DNA of 64,000 bases from Escherichia coli. GTDB lineage: Bacteria; Pseudomonadota; Gammaproteobacteria; Enterobacterales; Enterobacteriaceae. Both the position numbers and the translations under genes were made by a program. Numbering within the stretch: position 1 is the stretch's first letter; the number at the start of each line of letters is the position of its first letter. Under the pieces are notes generated by a model. It did no database searches and had not been told where the DNA came from. It was given only the letters and a program-made list of their open reading frames with translations. The stretch lies in assembly GCA_025544715.1 (NCBI GenBank), contig GCA_025544715.1_4109.2; one strand, given 5' to 3'. Shown in pieces: positions 32,383 to 41,934 of the stretch.

Positions 32383-33188
32383 TTGTTACTTTTATCCTTG
32401 TACCATACAAATGTCTTGACAGGTGGATATTTTTCATTCTTTGGTGGTTCAGGCATGTCGTATACAGTTGCATTTCTAAACTTAAGAATGTATGTGTCCA
32501 TCAAACGGATTATACAATAGTTTAAACATTTTTGTGCTCTTTCTTTCCAAAAATGTTTATATGGTTCTGGACAACCAAGATAATCAAGTTTATACATACT
32601 CATTGCAACTTGCATAAATCTTTGGGCCGAGAATTTACGCTTGTCGATTTTACTTGCCCTATGTTGATCACAGGTCCAGCTTGATACTCCAGGTAAATGA
32701 CAAAACAAATCAAAACTAACCATACTATCAAAGTATTTGTTATGACCATGTAACTCACCATAAAATACTGCTTCAGATACTGTATCATATAATGAGAAAT
32801 TTGAATGTATATGCTCATTATCAAAAATACTTTTTAAATCTTTATAAGTTTCTGGAACTGGTGGTTCAGGTAATACTTCACCAAATACTTCAACACACCA
32901 TATCTTCCATAAACCTTTTGTAAATTTATTTTCTAAATCTCTATCACTATCTATATAAAAAGTTTTTTCATTTATGAAAACTTTTCTTGCCATGTATGCT
33001 TTAAAAATTGCATCTGGATCAATGTCTTCACGATTTACATCATCCCAGCCTTTACCAATTCTTGAAATTTCAAATCTACGCATATACATGCGACATGCTA
33101 AATCTTTAGTAAGGCTGCGACGATACTTTTCATCCTGATGTAATTTGGTTGTTTCATGAAGAGATTTAAGCATATTTAAAATTCTCAT
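32370..33188 (-). CDS. hypothetical protein
   Basis: 272-aa ORF. Confidence 0.55.
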   Translation of the reverse strand: MRILNMLKSLHETTKLHQDEKYRRSLTKDLACRMYMRRFEISRIGKGWDDVNREDIDPDAIFKAYMARKVFINEKTFYIDSDRDLENKFTKGLWKIWCVEVFGEVLPEPPVPETYKDLKSIFDNEHIHSNFSLYDTVSEAVFYGELHGHNKYFDSMVSFDLFCHLPGVSSWTCDQHRASKIDKRKFSAQRFMQVAMSMYKLDYLGCPEPYKHFWKERAQKCLNYCIIRLMDTYILKFRNATVYDMPEPPKNEKYPPVKTFVWYKDKSNKRMH

Positions 33189-33865
33189 CGCAACACCAAA
33201 TACTTCCCGTTTCTTCCAATTACATATTGATCACCACTTCGTAGTACTGTATAGCTTTCCCCTAGTATGGAACTAAGACGCGAAGTGTCTAATTGTGTAT
33301 CATTCTTTAATAACTTTTTCACATATGTTTCTGAAACAAAACCGCTTCCAGTACTGTAGTGTAATTTACCATATGCTGTTTTTAATGTCAACATGTTTCC
33401 TTCTTTGATTACTGAAACACCAGCATAATCAAGGAACTCACTAATTGAACTAGGAATGCCCAAATCAATTCTCTGCTGTATTTCTTCAAAATCAACATCG
33501 ATTGGGTCATTAACACCATATAGTTGTATTTTCCAACCTGGGTCTGGACAAATATTTTCAATAGTTTTAATTAAACGTAAAAGTTTTTCAGGGAATTCGG
33601 CATTTCGTTCCATTTCCACATAAACTTGATATCGACCATCTAAATTTGGTGTTTCTGCTGCTTCTGTATCAACTACATCAATAGGTGATTTTTCAATAAA
33701 AGAAGATAAATCATATGCTGCATCAAAATTGTTAAGAACCTGAAACATAATAACAATATTACTATCTTCAATTTTAGGAGTATATTCATCAACACTAATT
33801 ATAGGATGAATCAAATCTTTGAGAACTTGCGGACGTAAGCCTTGTTCATTTAATTTCTTTTTCAT
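33185..33865 (-). CDS. hypothetical protein
   Basis: 226-aa ORF. Confidence 0.5.
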   Translation of the reverse strand: MKKKLNEQGLRPQVLKDLIHPIISVDEYTPKIEDSNIVIMFQVLNNFDAAYDLSSFIEKSPIDVVDTEAAETPNLDGRYQVYVEMERNAEFPEKLLRLIKTIENICPDPGWKIQLYGVNDPIDVDFEEIQQRIDLGIPSSISEFLDYAGVSVIKEGNMLTLKTAYGKLHYSTGSGFVSETYVKKLLKNDTQLDTSRLSSILGESYTVLRSGDQYVIGRNGKYLVLR

Positions 33866-34428
33866 TACATTCCACCTTCTTGTGTCTCATCCGTTACTTC
33901 CACATCCAAATCTACATCATCACCAGTTACAGGTTCTTCAAAATTTTCTGGTGAATTCATTGGATTACTATTGAATTCTGCTGCCATTAGTTTATATTCA
34001 TCAAAACTTTCTGGATTAATTAAGTTTCGTGGAATCTGCACTCTAACCAATAGTACTGGGATTCTTTCATTTTTTGGTATACGTACCGACCCTGATTGTG
34101 TAGCAACACTTTTCATATCAGCTTGTCGATTAGGATCTTTGATAGGAGTTATTTCATAATCAGCTTTAACATACACTTTAGTACCATGCTTCTCCAAAAT
34201 AGAGAATGCTGTAGGATCAGGGAAATTTTCACGATAGTATTTGAATGTTACAGTACACCAATACTTACTTACAATTGGTCCCTCTACCAACTCACCCTCA
34301 ATAATTCCTTTATACGCATACAAATCATTATCATCGAAATATTTTTCTACAGCAAGAAGTATATCTAACATACCACTGTTATCATACAACTGCTGAATAG
34401 CATTATCTGTATAATCTAAATCGTCCAT
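33865..34428 (-). CDS. hypothetical acidic protein
   Basis: 187-aa ORF with acidic C-terminus. Confidence 0.5.
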   Translation of the reverse strand: MDDLDYTDNAIQQLYDNSGMLDILLAVEKYFDDNDLYAYKGIIEGELVEGPIVSKYWCTVTFKYYRENFPDPTAFSILEKHGTKVYVKADYEITPIKDPNRQADMKSVATQSGSVRIPKNERIPVLLVRVQIPRNLINPESFDEYKLMAAEFNSNPMNSPENFEEPVTGDDVDLDVEVTDETQEGGM

Positions 34429-34526
34429 ATTTTATATTATCCTTAAAAACTAGCACATATAATACTATTTACTACTTTTAAAAAACAACAAAAGGGGTTT
34501 GAATCAAACCCCCCAATTTAAAAGTT

Positions 34527-35171
34527 TTATTTGTAATATTTACCTAGTACTGAATAAATTTTCAATCTAAGATCTGTCCAATTCTCAATGTATTCAAAAT
34601 TACCAGTGTTCTTATACATTGAATTATGAGAACATCCCATCATAACTGACGGAATACCAAGTCCCATTGCAGTTTCAATATTATTGATATAATCATCAAT
34701 CATAAGTTTTACATCATATCTAGACTGTAAATCCTCTAGTGCTTGTTTCTTTGATTCGTTCATTTCGATAATAATAATCTCATCAAAACAGTTTTCACCA
34801 AATTCACGCATTAGGTTTACATTACGTAAAACTTCTCCATAACCTTTTTTGCCACATTTTGTTAGTACTACAAATTTTTCTTTATGAAAACGATCACGTA
34901 GCTCTTGTACAATATCAACTGTATTAGGTTCGACTGGTTTTAACAACCCAAACAAATATGATTGTTGGTTGAATTGTTCAAGAATTTTTTTAACTTCTTG
35001 TTGGGGGACACCCAACCAATCGGATAAATCATATTCTAATGGGTATGGTGTTGATGGTGTGATATTATAAGTTTGTTTTACGAACTCAGAAAGCATACCC
35101 ATATGGTCCAATAGAACTTCATCACAATCAAAAACTATACAACGTGGTTTCATTACATGTTCCCCGAACAA
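34527..35171 (-). CDS. HAD-superfamily hydrolase, putative 5'-nucleotidase
   Basis: N-terminal FDCDEVLLD (DxDx[TV] motif I) and later MIDDY aspartate motif. Confidence 0.55.
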   Translation of the reverse strand: MFGEHVMKPRCIVFDCDEVLLDHMGMLSEFVKQTYNITPSTPYPLEYDLSDWLGVPQQEVKKILEQFNQQSYLFGLLKPVEPNTVDIVQELRDRFHKEKFVVLTKCGKKGYGEVLRNVNLMREFGENCFDEIIIIEMNESKKQALEDLQSRYDVKLMIDDYINNIETAMGLGIPSVMMGCSHNSMYKNTGNFEYIENWTDLRLKIYSVLGKYYK

Positions 35172-36142
35172 ATTAGGTCAATCTCGCACAGAAGTGCACT
35201 GAGATTCATTTCACGGTCAGATACAGTTGCTTGTTTTACAACAGCATCACGAATCTTAACCTTGATTTTCATAAGAGTAATTTCATCAGTACTGAACATT
35301 TCAGCATTACGATACAGATAAGAAAAGAATGCATCCATCTCATCATCAGGGATATTTTGTACAATTTGTTCACGCATTTGGCGAATGTTTCCTGCCTTTA
35401 ATGCTTCAACAATTGCAGTACGATACCCTGCTGAATTTTCAATACTATCTTCAAGTTTTACTAGCTTACCATCAACAACTGAACTTTGCAATACGTTTAG
35501 TGTTTTACGGAAATCAGGATAGGAAGCATTGATATACTTTTGAACTTGTTCAACACTATCATCACTACTCAAATCAACACCTTCTGCTAGAAGAATATTA
35601 TAAATTCGAGTCATGAATTGTTCCATATCATGCTTTTCAATTGTAATAACTTGAACACGAGAAATGATAGGTTTTTGAATTTTATGTGGTTCGTTACTTG
35701 TTAAAATAAAGCGAGCGTTTTCATGGTAGTCTTCCATTACACGTTTCAAACTACCTTGTGCTTTATGGTTCATCTGCTCCATTTCTTCAAGAACAAAGAT
35801 ACGATACCTACCAAAACATGATAACTTTGCTGCGGCATCGATTTTATCACGAACTGCATCAATACCCTCATCTGACATGTTAAGTGTAGTTACATCACTT
35901 GGGTCAAGGTGTCCATTCTGTACCAATCCATTAATGAGAACTTTGATCGCAGATGTTTTACCAGTTCCTGCTGGGCCAAAAAACCCAATATGTGGAATGT
36001 CACCAGTTTTAATCCATTCTTCCATTTTCTGGCGTAGTGCATCATTTTTTGATACATAATCTTCCATTGATTGTGGGCGATATTTTTCAGTCCATAGTGT
36101 GGTCATTTTTATTTCCTTATGTGTACGTGTTATAGAATCCAA
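35153..36142 (-). CDS. 44: sliding-clamp loader large subunit (T4 gp44 / RFC-like AAA+ ATPase)
   Basis: RFC box WTEKYRP, Walker A GPAGTGKTS, overall collinear with T4 gp44 as recalled. Confidence 0.85.
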   Translation of the reverse strand: MDSITRTHKEIKMTTLWTEKYRPQSMEDYVSKNDALRQKMEEWIKTGDIPHIGFFGPAGTGKTSAIKVLINGLVQNGHLDPSDVTTLNMSDEGIDAVRDKIDAAAKLSCFGRYRIFVLEEMEQMNHKAQGSLKRVMEDYHENARFILTSNEPHKIQKPIISRVQVITIEKHDMEQFMTRIYNILLAEGVDLSSDDSVEQVQKYINASYPDFRKTLNVLQSSVVDGKLVKLEDSIENSAGYRTAIVEALKAGNIRQMREQIVQNIPDDEMDAFFSYLYRNAEMFSTDEITLMKIKVKIRDAVVKQATVSDREMNLSALLCEIDLICSGNM

Positions 36143-36402
36143 TCGGCTGAATTATATAATAAAGCCGTGAAAAGTTCTTCTGTCATTTCCAATTGATTTA
36201 ATAAAAAATTAAAAGAATTTGCCTTATTTTTAATCCCAGTACTTTCAGCTTGGGCCGATGCAACTAATAAAACTTTAAACATATCATGTGAAACTTCATA
36301 TACATATTTTGTATTTTTTCTATCTTCAAACATGAATCTTCCGTTTTTTGATACTAATGTTACATCTTTGAAACTAAATTTTCCATCATCCGTTATCATC
36401 AA
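36130..36402 (-). CDS. hypothetical protein
   Basis: 90-aa ORF overlapping the start of the clamp-loader gene. Confidence 0.4.
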   Translation of the reverse strand: MMITDDGKFSFKDVTLVSKNGRFMFEDRKNTKYVYEVSHDMFKVLLVASAQAESTGIKNKANSFNFLLNQLEMTEELFTALLYNSADWIL

Positions 36403-36455
36403 AATGTGTCCAAATAAAAAGCCCAGATATTAATCCGAGCTTTAATTATATTTTA

Positions 36456-36782
36456 TCAACGTCCAAAGGTTAGCATTTTAGTGCGTGGGTCTTCATCAGA
36501 TACTAAACTAACAGCGGCAGGGTAATCAACTAGGTTTAGTTCAATACCATCAACCTCAATCGTTCTTGACCAACGACCATGATCAATTAAAATCCATTGA
36601 CCTTCTTTAATATCAGTAATGTCTTCGCCTACTGAATATACTTTAGCCCAGCGAGAACGAATACCTCTAATTTTACCGTCATCGTTTGTTAAAACGATTC
36701 CACCTGCTGTTTTGCGTTCACCATGTTCCAGTTCAGTGACTAGTACTTTACCTTTACATGCAGTCATTACTTTATTAGACAT
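36456..36782 (-). CDS. GroES-like co-chaperonin (Cpn10)
   Basis: GKVLVTELEHGERKTAGGIVLT parallels GroES [21 protein letters not shown]; 108 aa. Confidence 0.7.
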   Translation of the reverse strand: MSNKVMTACKGKVLVTELEHGERKTAGGIVLTNDDGKIRGIRSRWAKVYSVGEDITDIKEGQWILIDHGRWSRTIEVDGIELNLVDYPAAVSLVSDEDPRTKMLTFGR

Positions 36783-36790
36783 TTAATACA

Positions 36791-37135
36791 TTACTCCTGA
36801 TCTTTAGTTTTTGCTCGACGTGGGGCTTTCTTCTCTTCAGAAACCTCAGCTTCTTGTGATTCGGGCTTAACTTCAAAACTTTCATCATCCCATACTTCCT
36901 CAGAACTATGTTCAGTACTATGAAGTTGGTGTTCAGGGATATAATCAGGAATTTGCATTTCTCTTTCTTTTTCTTGTATCAACTCTTCACGAGTTTTGAT
37001 AATTGTTCCACCTGAACCAATTTTATCACCACGTGCGTTTAGATTAGCATTACCCAATGCTACCTGATGTTGATTTTGGTACTTGAGCATATCCATGTCA
37101 ATTGTTGTACCACGATAAGTTGTATGTTTAGACAT
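36791..37135 (-). CDS. hypothetical protein, acidic C-terminus
   Basis: 114-aa ORF. Confidence 0.45.
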   Translation of the reverse strand: MSKHTTYRGTTIDMDMLKYQNQHQVALGNANLNARGDKIGSGGTIIKTREELIQEKEREMQIPDYIPEHQLHSTEHSSEEVWDDESFEVKPESQEAEVSEEKKAPRRAKTKDQE

Positions 37136-37198
37136 ATCAAAATCCTTTTATTGTATGTGTGATATAAGCCTACAATAAACATTATATCACATGTTTTG

Positions 37199-37741
37199 CT
37201 ACCATTTCAAAAATTCATTAACATCGAGTTCGTATTTCAATGAATCTACCATGTGTAGACCAATCAAAAACAAACAGTATGATGCAACCGAGCTTCCACG
37301 CCCTAGACCCCAAAAGATCTCATTTTCTTCCATATAATCAACAAGCCATATCATACATCTTAATAGCTTTGTCATATTATAATATTCATATAAATCTAGT
37401 TCATACTCAACACGCTTTCGTGCTTCATCTGATGTACATTTTTGTAAGAAAAAGTCACGTAGATTTATATTGTCGTATACTGGATCATAACGCCAAAGTT
37501 CATGATTTTTATCATGCTCGATAGTATAATCCAGCATACGTTGTTCTAAGCCAAATTTTTTACAGTTATCATTGAATTTCAACCTTTCAGGTTCATCAAT
37601 TTCCTGCAATTGTAAGTACTGGATATCCGCACCGCAATTGATTGCATAAACTACTGCGTTAAGATTACATTTTACATCACCATTGGGACTTATAAATCTG
37701 TTTCCTTGTACTTTCATTTTTCTTTTTCTGGGCCTCTTCAT
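37199..37741 (-). CDS. hypothetical protein with a DnaE-palm-like GxGRGS segment
   Basis: C-terminal FWGLGRGSSVASYCLFLIGLHMVDSLKYELDVNEFL resembles E. coli DnaE [35 protein letters not shown] (from memory); ORF ends before the catalytic aspartates. Confidence 0.45.
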   Translation of the reverse strand: MKRPRKRKMKVQGNRFISPNGDVKCNLNAVVYAINCGADIQYLQLQEIDEPERLKFNDNCKKFGLEQRMLDYTIEHDKNHELWRYDPVYDNINLRDFFLQKCTSDEARKRVEYELDLYEYYNMTKLLRCMIWLVDYMEENEIFWGLGRGSSVASYCLFLIGLHMVDSLKYELDVNEFLKW

Positions 37742-37988
37742 TGTCAGTTAGATAAGAATCCATGTCGAAGATACATGAGTCTTCTTCATCATAAACAGAT
37801 TTTTCTTTTTGTCCTTGACGAAGTTCTAGTTCAGCATAACATTGATTTAACACAGTTTGCATATTACCAATAATCATATCACTCATACCAGCGGCACGGG
37901 CTGAAGTTATACGCATTGACTGTTCATTAATTTTCAACTGTAGTTCTTTCTCCGTCATCCCAGACGGGTCAAAAAACGGATTAAACAT
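37677..37988 (-). CDS. hypothetical protein
   Basis: 103-aa ORF. Confidence 0.4.
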   Translation of the reverse strand: MFNPFFDPSGMTEKELQLKINEQSMRITSARAAGMSDMIIGNMQTVLNQCYAELELRQGQKEKSVYDEEDSCIFDMDSYLTDNEEAQKKKNESTRKQIYKSQW

Positions 37989-37989
37989 A

Positions 37990-40383
37990 TTAACCTCCTA
38001 TGTTATTGTTTTGCAATGTAATCACAAATGTATCTGGTACATAATTTACTGATTCATGTGAAAAGTACCCGAATTCGACAGATGTGATTTCAAACTCTAG
38101 ACCTACCATTGTACCATGTTCATTATTCTGAAGTAAAGTGTTGAAAAATGCTTCACCTTTACCTGGCTGACAAAATGCGACTGGGATAATAGGCATGAAT
38201 TTTTTCTGTATACCATCTTCAATGTATGGGTGATTCATAAATCTTGGAACGGTATCAAGCATTTCATCGCTGATACTTGGTATAGCATCAACGTATAGAC
38301 CACGATTTTGTAAATCAGTTGGATCTTTTACCAAGTTTGTTGTGTCTTCACCAATAGCTTGAAAGATATTTTGACGTAGACCAAACAGTTCACCAAGCTG
38401 ACCATTATCTATTTGAGTATACATACGAGGATTTTTGGATACAGATACTAAAGAACCTTCAGGTAAAACTTCTCTATATAATAAATCATATTGCAAATTG
38501 CCTTGATTGTCAAGTGCTGATATCAATTTATAATTACCCATTACCATTTTAAATTTTCCATTTGGTATAGTAGAGCCATTTGGATTAATGATACTATTTC
38601 GTAATACTTTTTTGATATCCGAAAGATTAGTATATGGGTACGTTTGACTTAGAAAGTTTTCTTTCAATAACATCCTAGGAACTTTCTGAAGACCATACCT
38701 ATTATCAGATTGACGGAAAAAAAGTTGATTAGTAAATGATGAAGTACTGATACATTTAAACCACTCTCGCTCAAATGCAACAGACGGTAGTACATGTGCA
38801 CTCAAATAATTCTGACCGAACCCTCTTACAATCTTAAGGTTAAATATTTTCCTTGCTTCGCCACCTTCAGTACTAAATGCTTTAACATAAAACGATAGTT
38901 TAATGTCATCGTTTTCACTAAAGTCAATACTTTTGGCATATGCAGTTCCAACAAGATATCCGTCAGGTGTCAAATCTATTCCATACTTCCTAATATCATC
39001 ACCACCATCTAAAACATACGAAACCTGATTTGAACTATCAGTTTCTATTCTAGGATAGGTACTGTCTCCAAAATATTCACCAACATGTATAGTTCCTAAA
39101 TCACTATCAGTAACAAAGTTTATATTATTACCTTCTTCAGCGTTAATCAAAACCCTGAACATTTTCTGCATACCAATGATATTATCACCAAGAGTAGAGT
39201 CATAATATCCCAAATCAATCCAATCACTACTATCATAAACTGGTTTAATTGACCCATTGTCGTACTCACCACTAATCACATAGGGATATACAACGTTATC
39301 TTTTAATTGATATAAATGATTCGGTAGTGGTTTGTCTGCTATAGAATATATAGTGTCAATATCTTCAGGACAAACCCACATTTGATATGCCTTATATCTT
39401 TGATTGATAGCAAACCTTTCGCTTTCTTCTGTGTATGTACTTAATATATCAACAATTTCAACTTTGAAATATGCATCACACGCATCTGAATCATATAAAA
39501 ATGTTTGTAGTAATTGTCCATTAGGGTTAAAAACCATACCTGAATCAATTAAATTACCATTTCTATTTTGAATATTAACTTTTACTTCTTTGTTTATGCC
39601 AGAAATAGGCCATGTTGGTTGTGCTGGTTTAAATACGGCATAATCATTAGTAATATGTTTATCTGGAACTTCAGATATATCCATGTCAATCAAACGATAT
39701 GCAGGAAAGAATACACGAGGGGTAATATCGGTAGTCATGTCAGTACCGAGTATAAAAGGTCTTCTTCTCCCAAACCCTTGAACAAACAATGTACTGTTCG
39801 AACCATACTCAACATCACCAATACAATAAAGTTTTTTGTCATCACCAATCTCAACTCCAGGTGTAACCCAAACTTCCTGACTATCATATGTTATTGAAGT
39901 ATCTGTTAATCCTAAAACTCCACTTGGTGAAATATTCCCAAAATACATAACATTTACTGCTTGTAAATAAAAATTTATATTTTCAGTATTATTATATGTT
40001 CCGTCATTTTTACAATGAATTTTTATAAAATAAACATCTTCAGTATTAGTACTTGAGGATAAGTTAAATTCTGTTTTGCTAATCTTACACTTATGCTTAC
40101 CATTTACTAGTTTATTTCCAGTTGTTCCATCTGAAATAGGAATAAAACTATTTTCGTCATTACCAACATAAAAAGTATAATGTGGTTCTGGATCAAATAC
40201 AGCACCTGAACTATCCAAGCATTGTATATTAAGAATCATCTCTAAGTATTCATCTTCGTTTAATACATAGCTATCATCCGTTGTGCTTTCTTTATTGATA
40301 CTCAAACGCACAAGAATGTCTTGTCCTTCTTGTATATATCGAGCATCGGCTTTTATATCCCAACGTGGGGTAAAAGTTGTCAT
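37990..40383 (-). CDS. late-expressed large protein, probable virion component
   Basis: Track ORF 37990-40410; start moved to ATG at 40381-40383 with GGAG RBS; T4-type late promoter TATAAATA ~40 nt upstream; no enzymatic motif recognised. Confidence 0.6.
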   Translation of the reverse strand: MTTFTPRWDIKADARYIQEGQDILVRLSINKESTTDDSYVLNEDEYLEMILNIQCLDSSGAVFDPEPHYTFYVGNDENSFIPISDGTTGNKLVNGKHKCKISKTEFNLSSSTNTEDVYFIKIHCKNDGTYNNTENINFYLQAVNVMYFGNISPSGVLGLTDTSITYDSQEVWVTPGVEIGDDKKLYCIGDVEYGSNSTLFVQGFGRRRPFILGTDMTTDITPRVFFPAYRLIDMDISEVPDKHITNDYAVFKPAQPTWPISGINKEVKVNIQNRNGNLIDSGMVFNPNGQLLQTFLYDSDACDAYFKVEIVDILSTYTEESERFAINQRYKAYQMWVCPEDIDTIYSIADKPLPNHLYQLKDNVVYPYVISGEYDNGSIKPVYDSSDWIDLGYYDSTLGDNIIGMQKMFRVLINAEEGNNINFVTDSDLGTIHVGEYFGDSTYPRIETDSSNQVSYVLDGGDDIRKYGIDLTPDGYLVGTAYAKSIDFSENDDIKLSFYVKAFSTEGGEARKIFNLKIVRGFGQNYLSAHVLPSVAFEREWFKCISTSSFTNQLFFRQSDNRYGLQKVPRMLLKENFLSQTYPYTNLSDIKKVLRNSIINPNGSTIPNGKFKMVMGNYKLISALDNQGNLQYDLLYREVLPEGSLVSVSKNPRMYTQIDNGQLGELFGLRQNIFQAIGEDTTNLVKDPTDLQNRGLYVDAIPSISDEMLDTVPRFMNHPYIEDGIQKKFMPIIPVAFCQPGKGEAFFNTLLQNNEHGTMVGLEFEITSVEFGYFSHESVNYVPDTFVITLQNNNIGG

Positions 40384-40422
40384 TATAATTCTCCATAGCC
40401 AAGCTGCCATTATCTATAGATT

Positions 40423-40430
40423 ATTTATAT
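40423..40430 (-). promoter_or_regulatory. T4-type late promoter TATAAATA
   Basis: Only exact minus-strand TATAAATA in the window, directly upstream of the 797-aa gene and downstream of a terminator hairpin. Confidence 0.55.
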
Positions 40431-40447
40431 AAAGGACAAGGAAGACC

Positions 40448-40469
40448 CAGTAAGGTCTTCCATAAAATA
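40448..40469 (-). terminator. terminator hairpin
   Basis: Perfect 8-bp stem GGAAGACC/GGTCTTCC with 6-nt loop, immediately after the gp52-like gene. Confidence 0.45.
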
Positions 40470-40471
40470 TA

Positions 40472-41884
40472 TCAATTGTCTGATTTAGGAGTAAAATCAA
40501 TCTTTCTTAGTTCTTTAAGTTCAGATTTATAAATGTCCCAAATTAGGTCATGATTAGATAATAGTTCATTATACTTATCCATCAAATCAAGATTATCTTG
40601 AATATCTTGTAGTACTGATTGATAATTATCTTGTGTCCAGCGATATGATGGGAAGTTTACAATGCTTTGAATATTCTCGTCAGTTGCTTCAATTTCTGCA
40701 TTTAATGATTTAACAAATTCCACCATTTCTGCACGGTTTGCAAACCCTTTCACCTTAGCAATCATATCATTATCAAAGCATTCCTTGATTAGAATTTTGT
40801 ATCGAACCTCAGCGGCACAATCATCAAGTTTCTTTTCATAACGCTTGATGTAATACTTGAAACGAAAATCAACGAAGTCTTTAATCAAATCCATTGTTGT
40901 ATCGTAAACTTTTACTTTACCATTTTCACCAAGAACCGTTAAATGTTGAGTCATTTTTTTGTTAATACCAAAATACTCAATAACATCCATTTCTGACCAT
41001 TTAGCTGATGTACCACGAGGAAGTTTAATGGTGATATCAATTATATCAGTACTGTCATTGTCATAGTCACGAATCTCACCATCATCACTCATTTTAATGA
41101 GTTTTTCGATGAATTTCTCAATACTATAATTAGGTGGTAAACCTGTCACCTTAACCGTACTTGCATCGATTACTTCAGCTTTACCATAAAACTCATACTT
41201 ATTTTCATCCAGTTTTGTTACTACATCACTTGCCCCACATGATACATAATATGGTGTCATTTCTTTTAGTGGTTTTTTATCAATAGCACGAATACAATTA
41301 TCAATAATATCTTCAATTTTATGTGGTAGAATTGTACTCTTATACCCTACTGACATACTATCATTACCAAATAATGACAGTGGGATAATAGGTAAAAAGT
41401 GAACAGGTTCAAATGTGGTCCCGTCATAGTTCTCTTTCATTGGGATAATGTCAGCATCACGTAAAACGAGCATTTCAGTACTCTTATTCTTTTTAACATA
41501 AGTGTAACGAGCAGATGCTGGGGTACTGTTTACTTGTGTACCAAAACCACCACGTTTTCCAATAAGAGGATAGTTGTTGGCTACTGGAGATGCTAGATTC
41601 TGAAGTGTTCCAGATGCTGACGTGTCCCCATGAAGATAGATACCATCACTAATCATTTTTCCAGCACATGATACTGTTTTAATTTCCCCACTAATTTTAG
41701 ATAATGTGAAGATTGCTTTACGTTGTGAACTCTTTAGACCATCAATTCCAGGAATAGCACGGTCTAGTGTATACATCGAATATTCTAGTGATGTTGTATT
41801 CACATAATCAGAACTGTTATAATCTAGTAGAGTTAGTGTTTGGTTATCGATATTATGATTTTCTGTTTTTTTACTTTTAGCCAT
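40472..41884 (-). CDS. 52: DNA topoisomerase II medium subunit (T4 gp52-like, GyrA N-terminal homologue)
   Basis: YSMYTLDRAIPGIDGLKSSQRKAIF parallels the T4 gp52 / GyrA active-site region; 470 aa. Confidence 0.8.
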   Translation of the reverse strand: MAKSKKTENHNIDNQTLTLLDYNSSDYVNTTSLEYSMYTLDRAIPGIDGLKSSQRKAIFTLSKISGEIKTVSCAGKMISDGIYLHGDTSASGTLQNLASPVANNYPLIGKRGGFGTQVNSTPASARYTYVKKNKSTEMLVLRDADIIPMKENYDGTTFEPVHFLPIIPLSLFGNDSMSVGYKSTILPHKIEDIIDNCIRAIDKKPLKEMTPYYVSCGASDVVTKLDENKYEFYGKAEVIDASTVKVTGLPPNYSIEKFIEKLIKMSDDGEIRDYDNDSTDIIDITIKLPRGTSAKWSEMDVIEYFGINKKMTQHLTVLGENGKVKVYDTTMDLIKDFVDFRFKYYIKRYEKKLDDCAAEVRYKILIKECFDNDMIAKVKGFANRAEMVEFVKSLNAEIEATDENIQSIVNFPSYRWTQDNYQSVLQDIQDNLDLMDKYNELLSNHDLIWDIYKSELKELRKIDFTPKSDN

Positions 41885-41934
41885 TCCATTGTCTCTTGGT
41901 AAAAGGGGAACACCATGTTCCCCATTAGTCTATA

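Noticed and set aside
33185-33865. Sliding clamp (gp45) assignment for the 226-aa ORF on the basis of length and proximity to gp44
   Set aside because: No alignable similarity to T4 gp45 by eye; length and position alone are insufficient.
37176-37210. Promoter upstream of 36791-37135 based on a TATAAT at 37181-37186
   Set aside because: No acceptable -35 (TGAAAT or worse) and no MotA-box-like TGCTT at -30; left unannotated.
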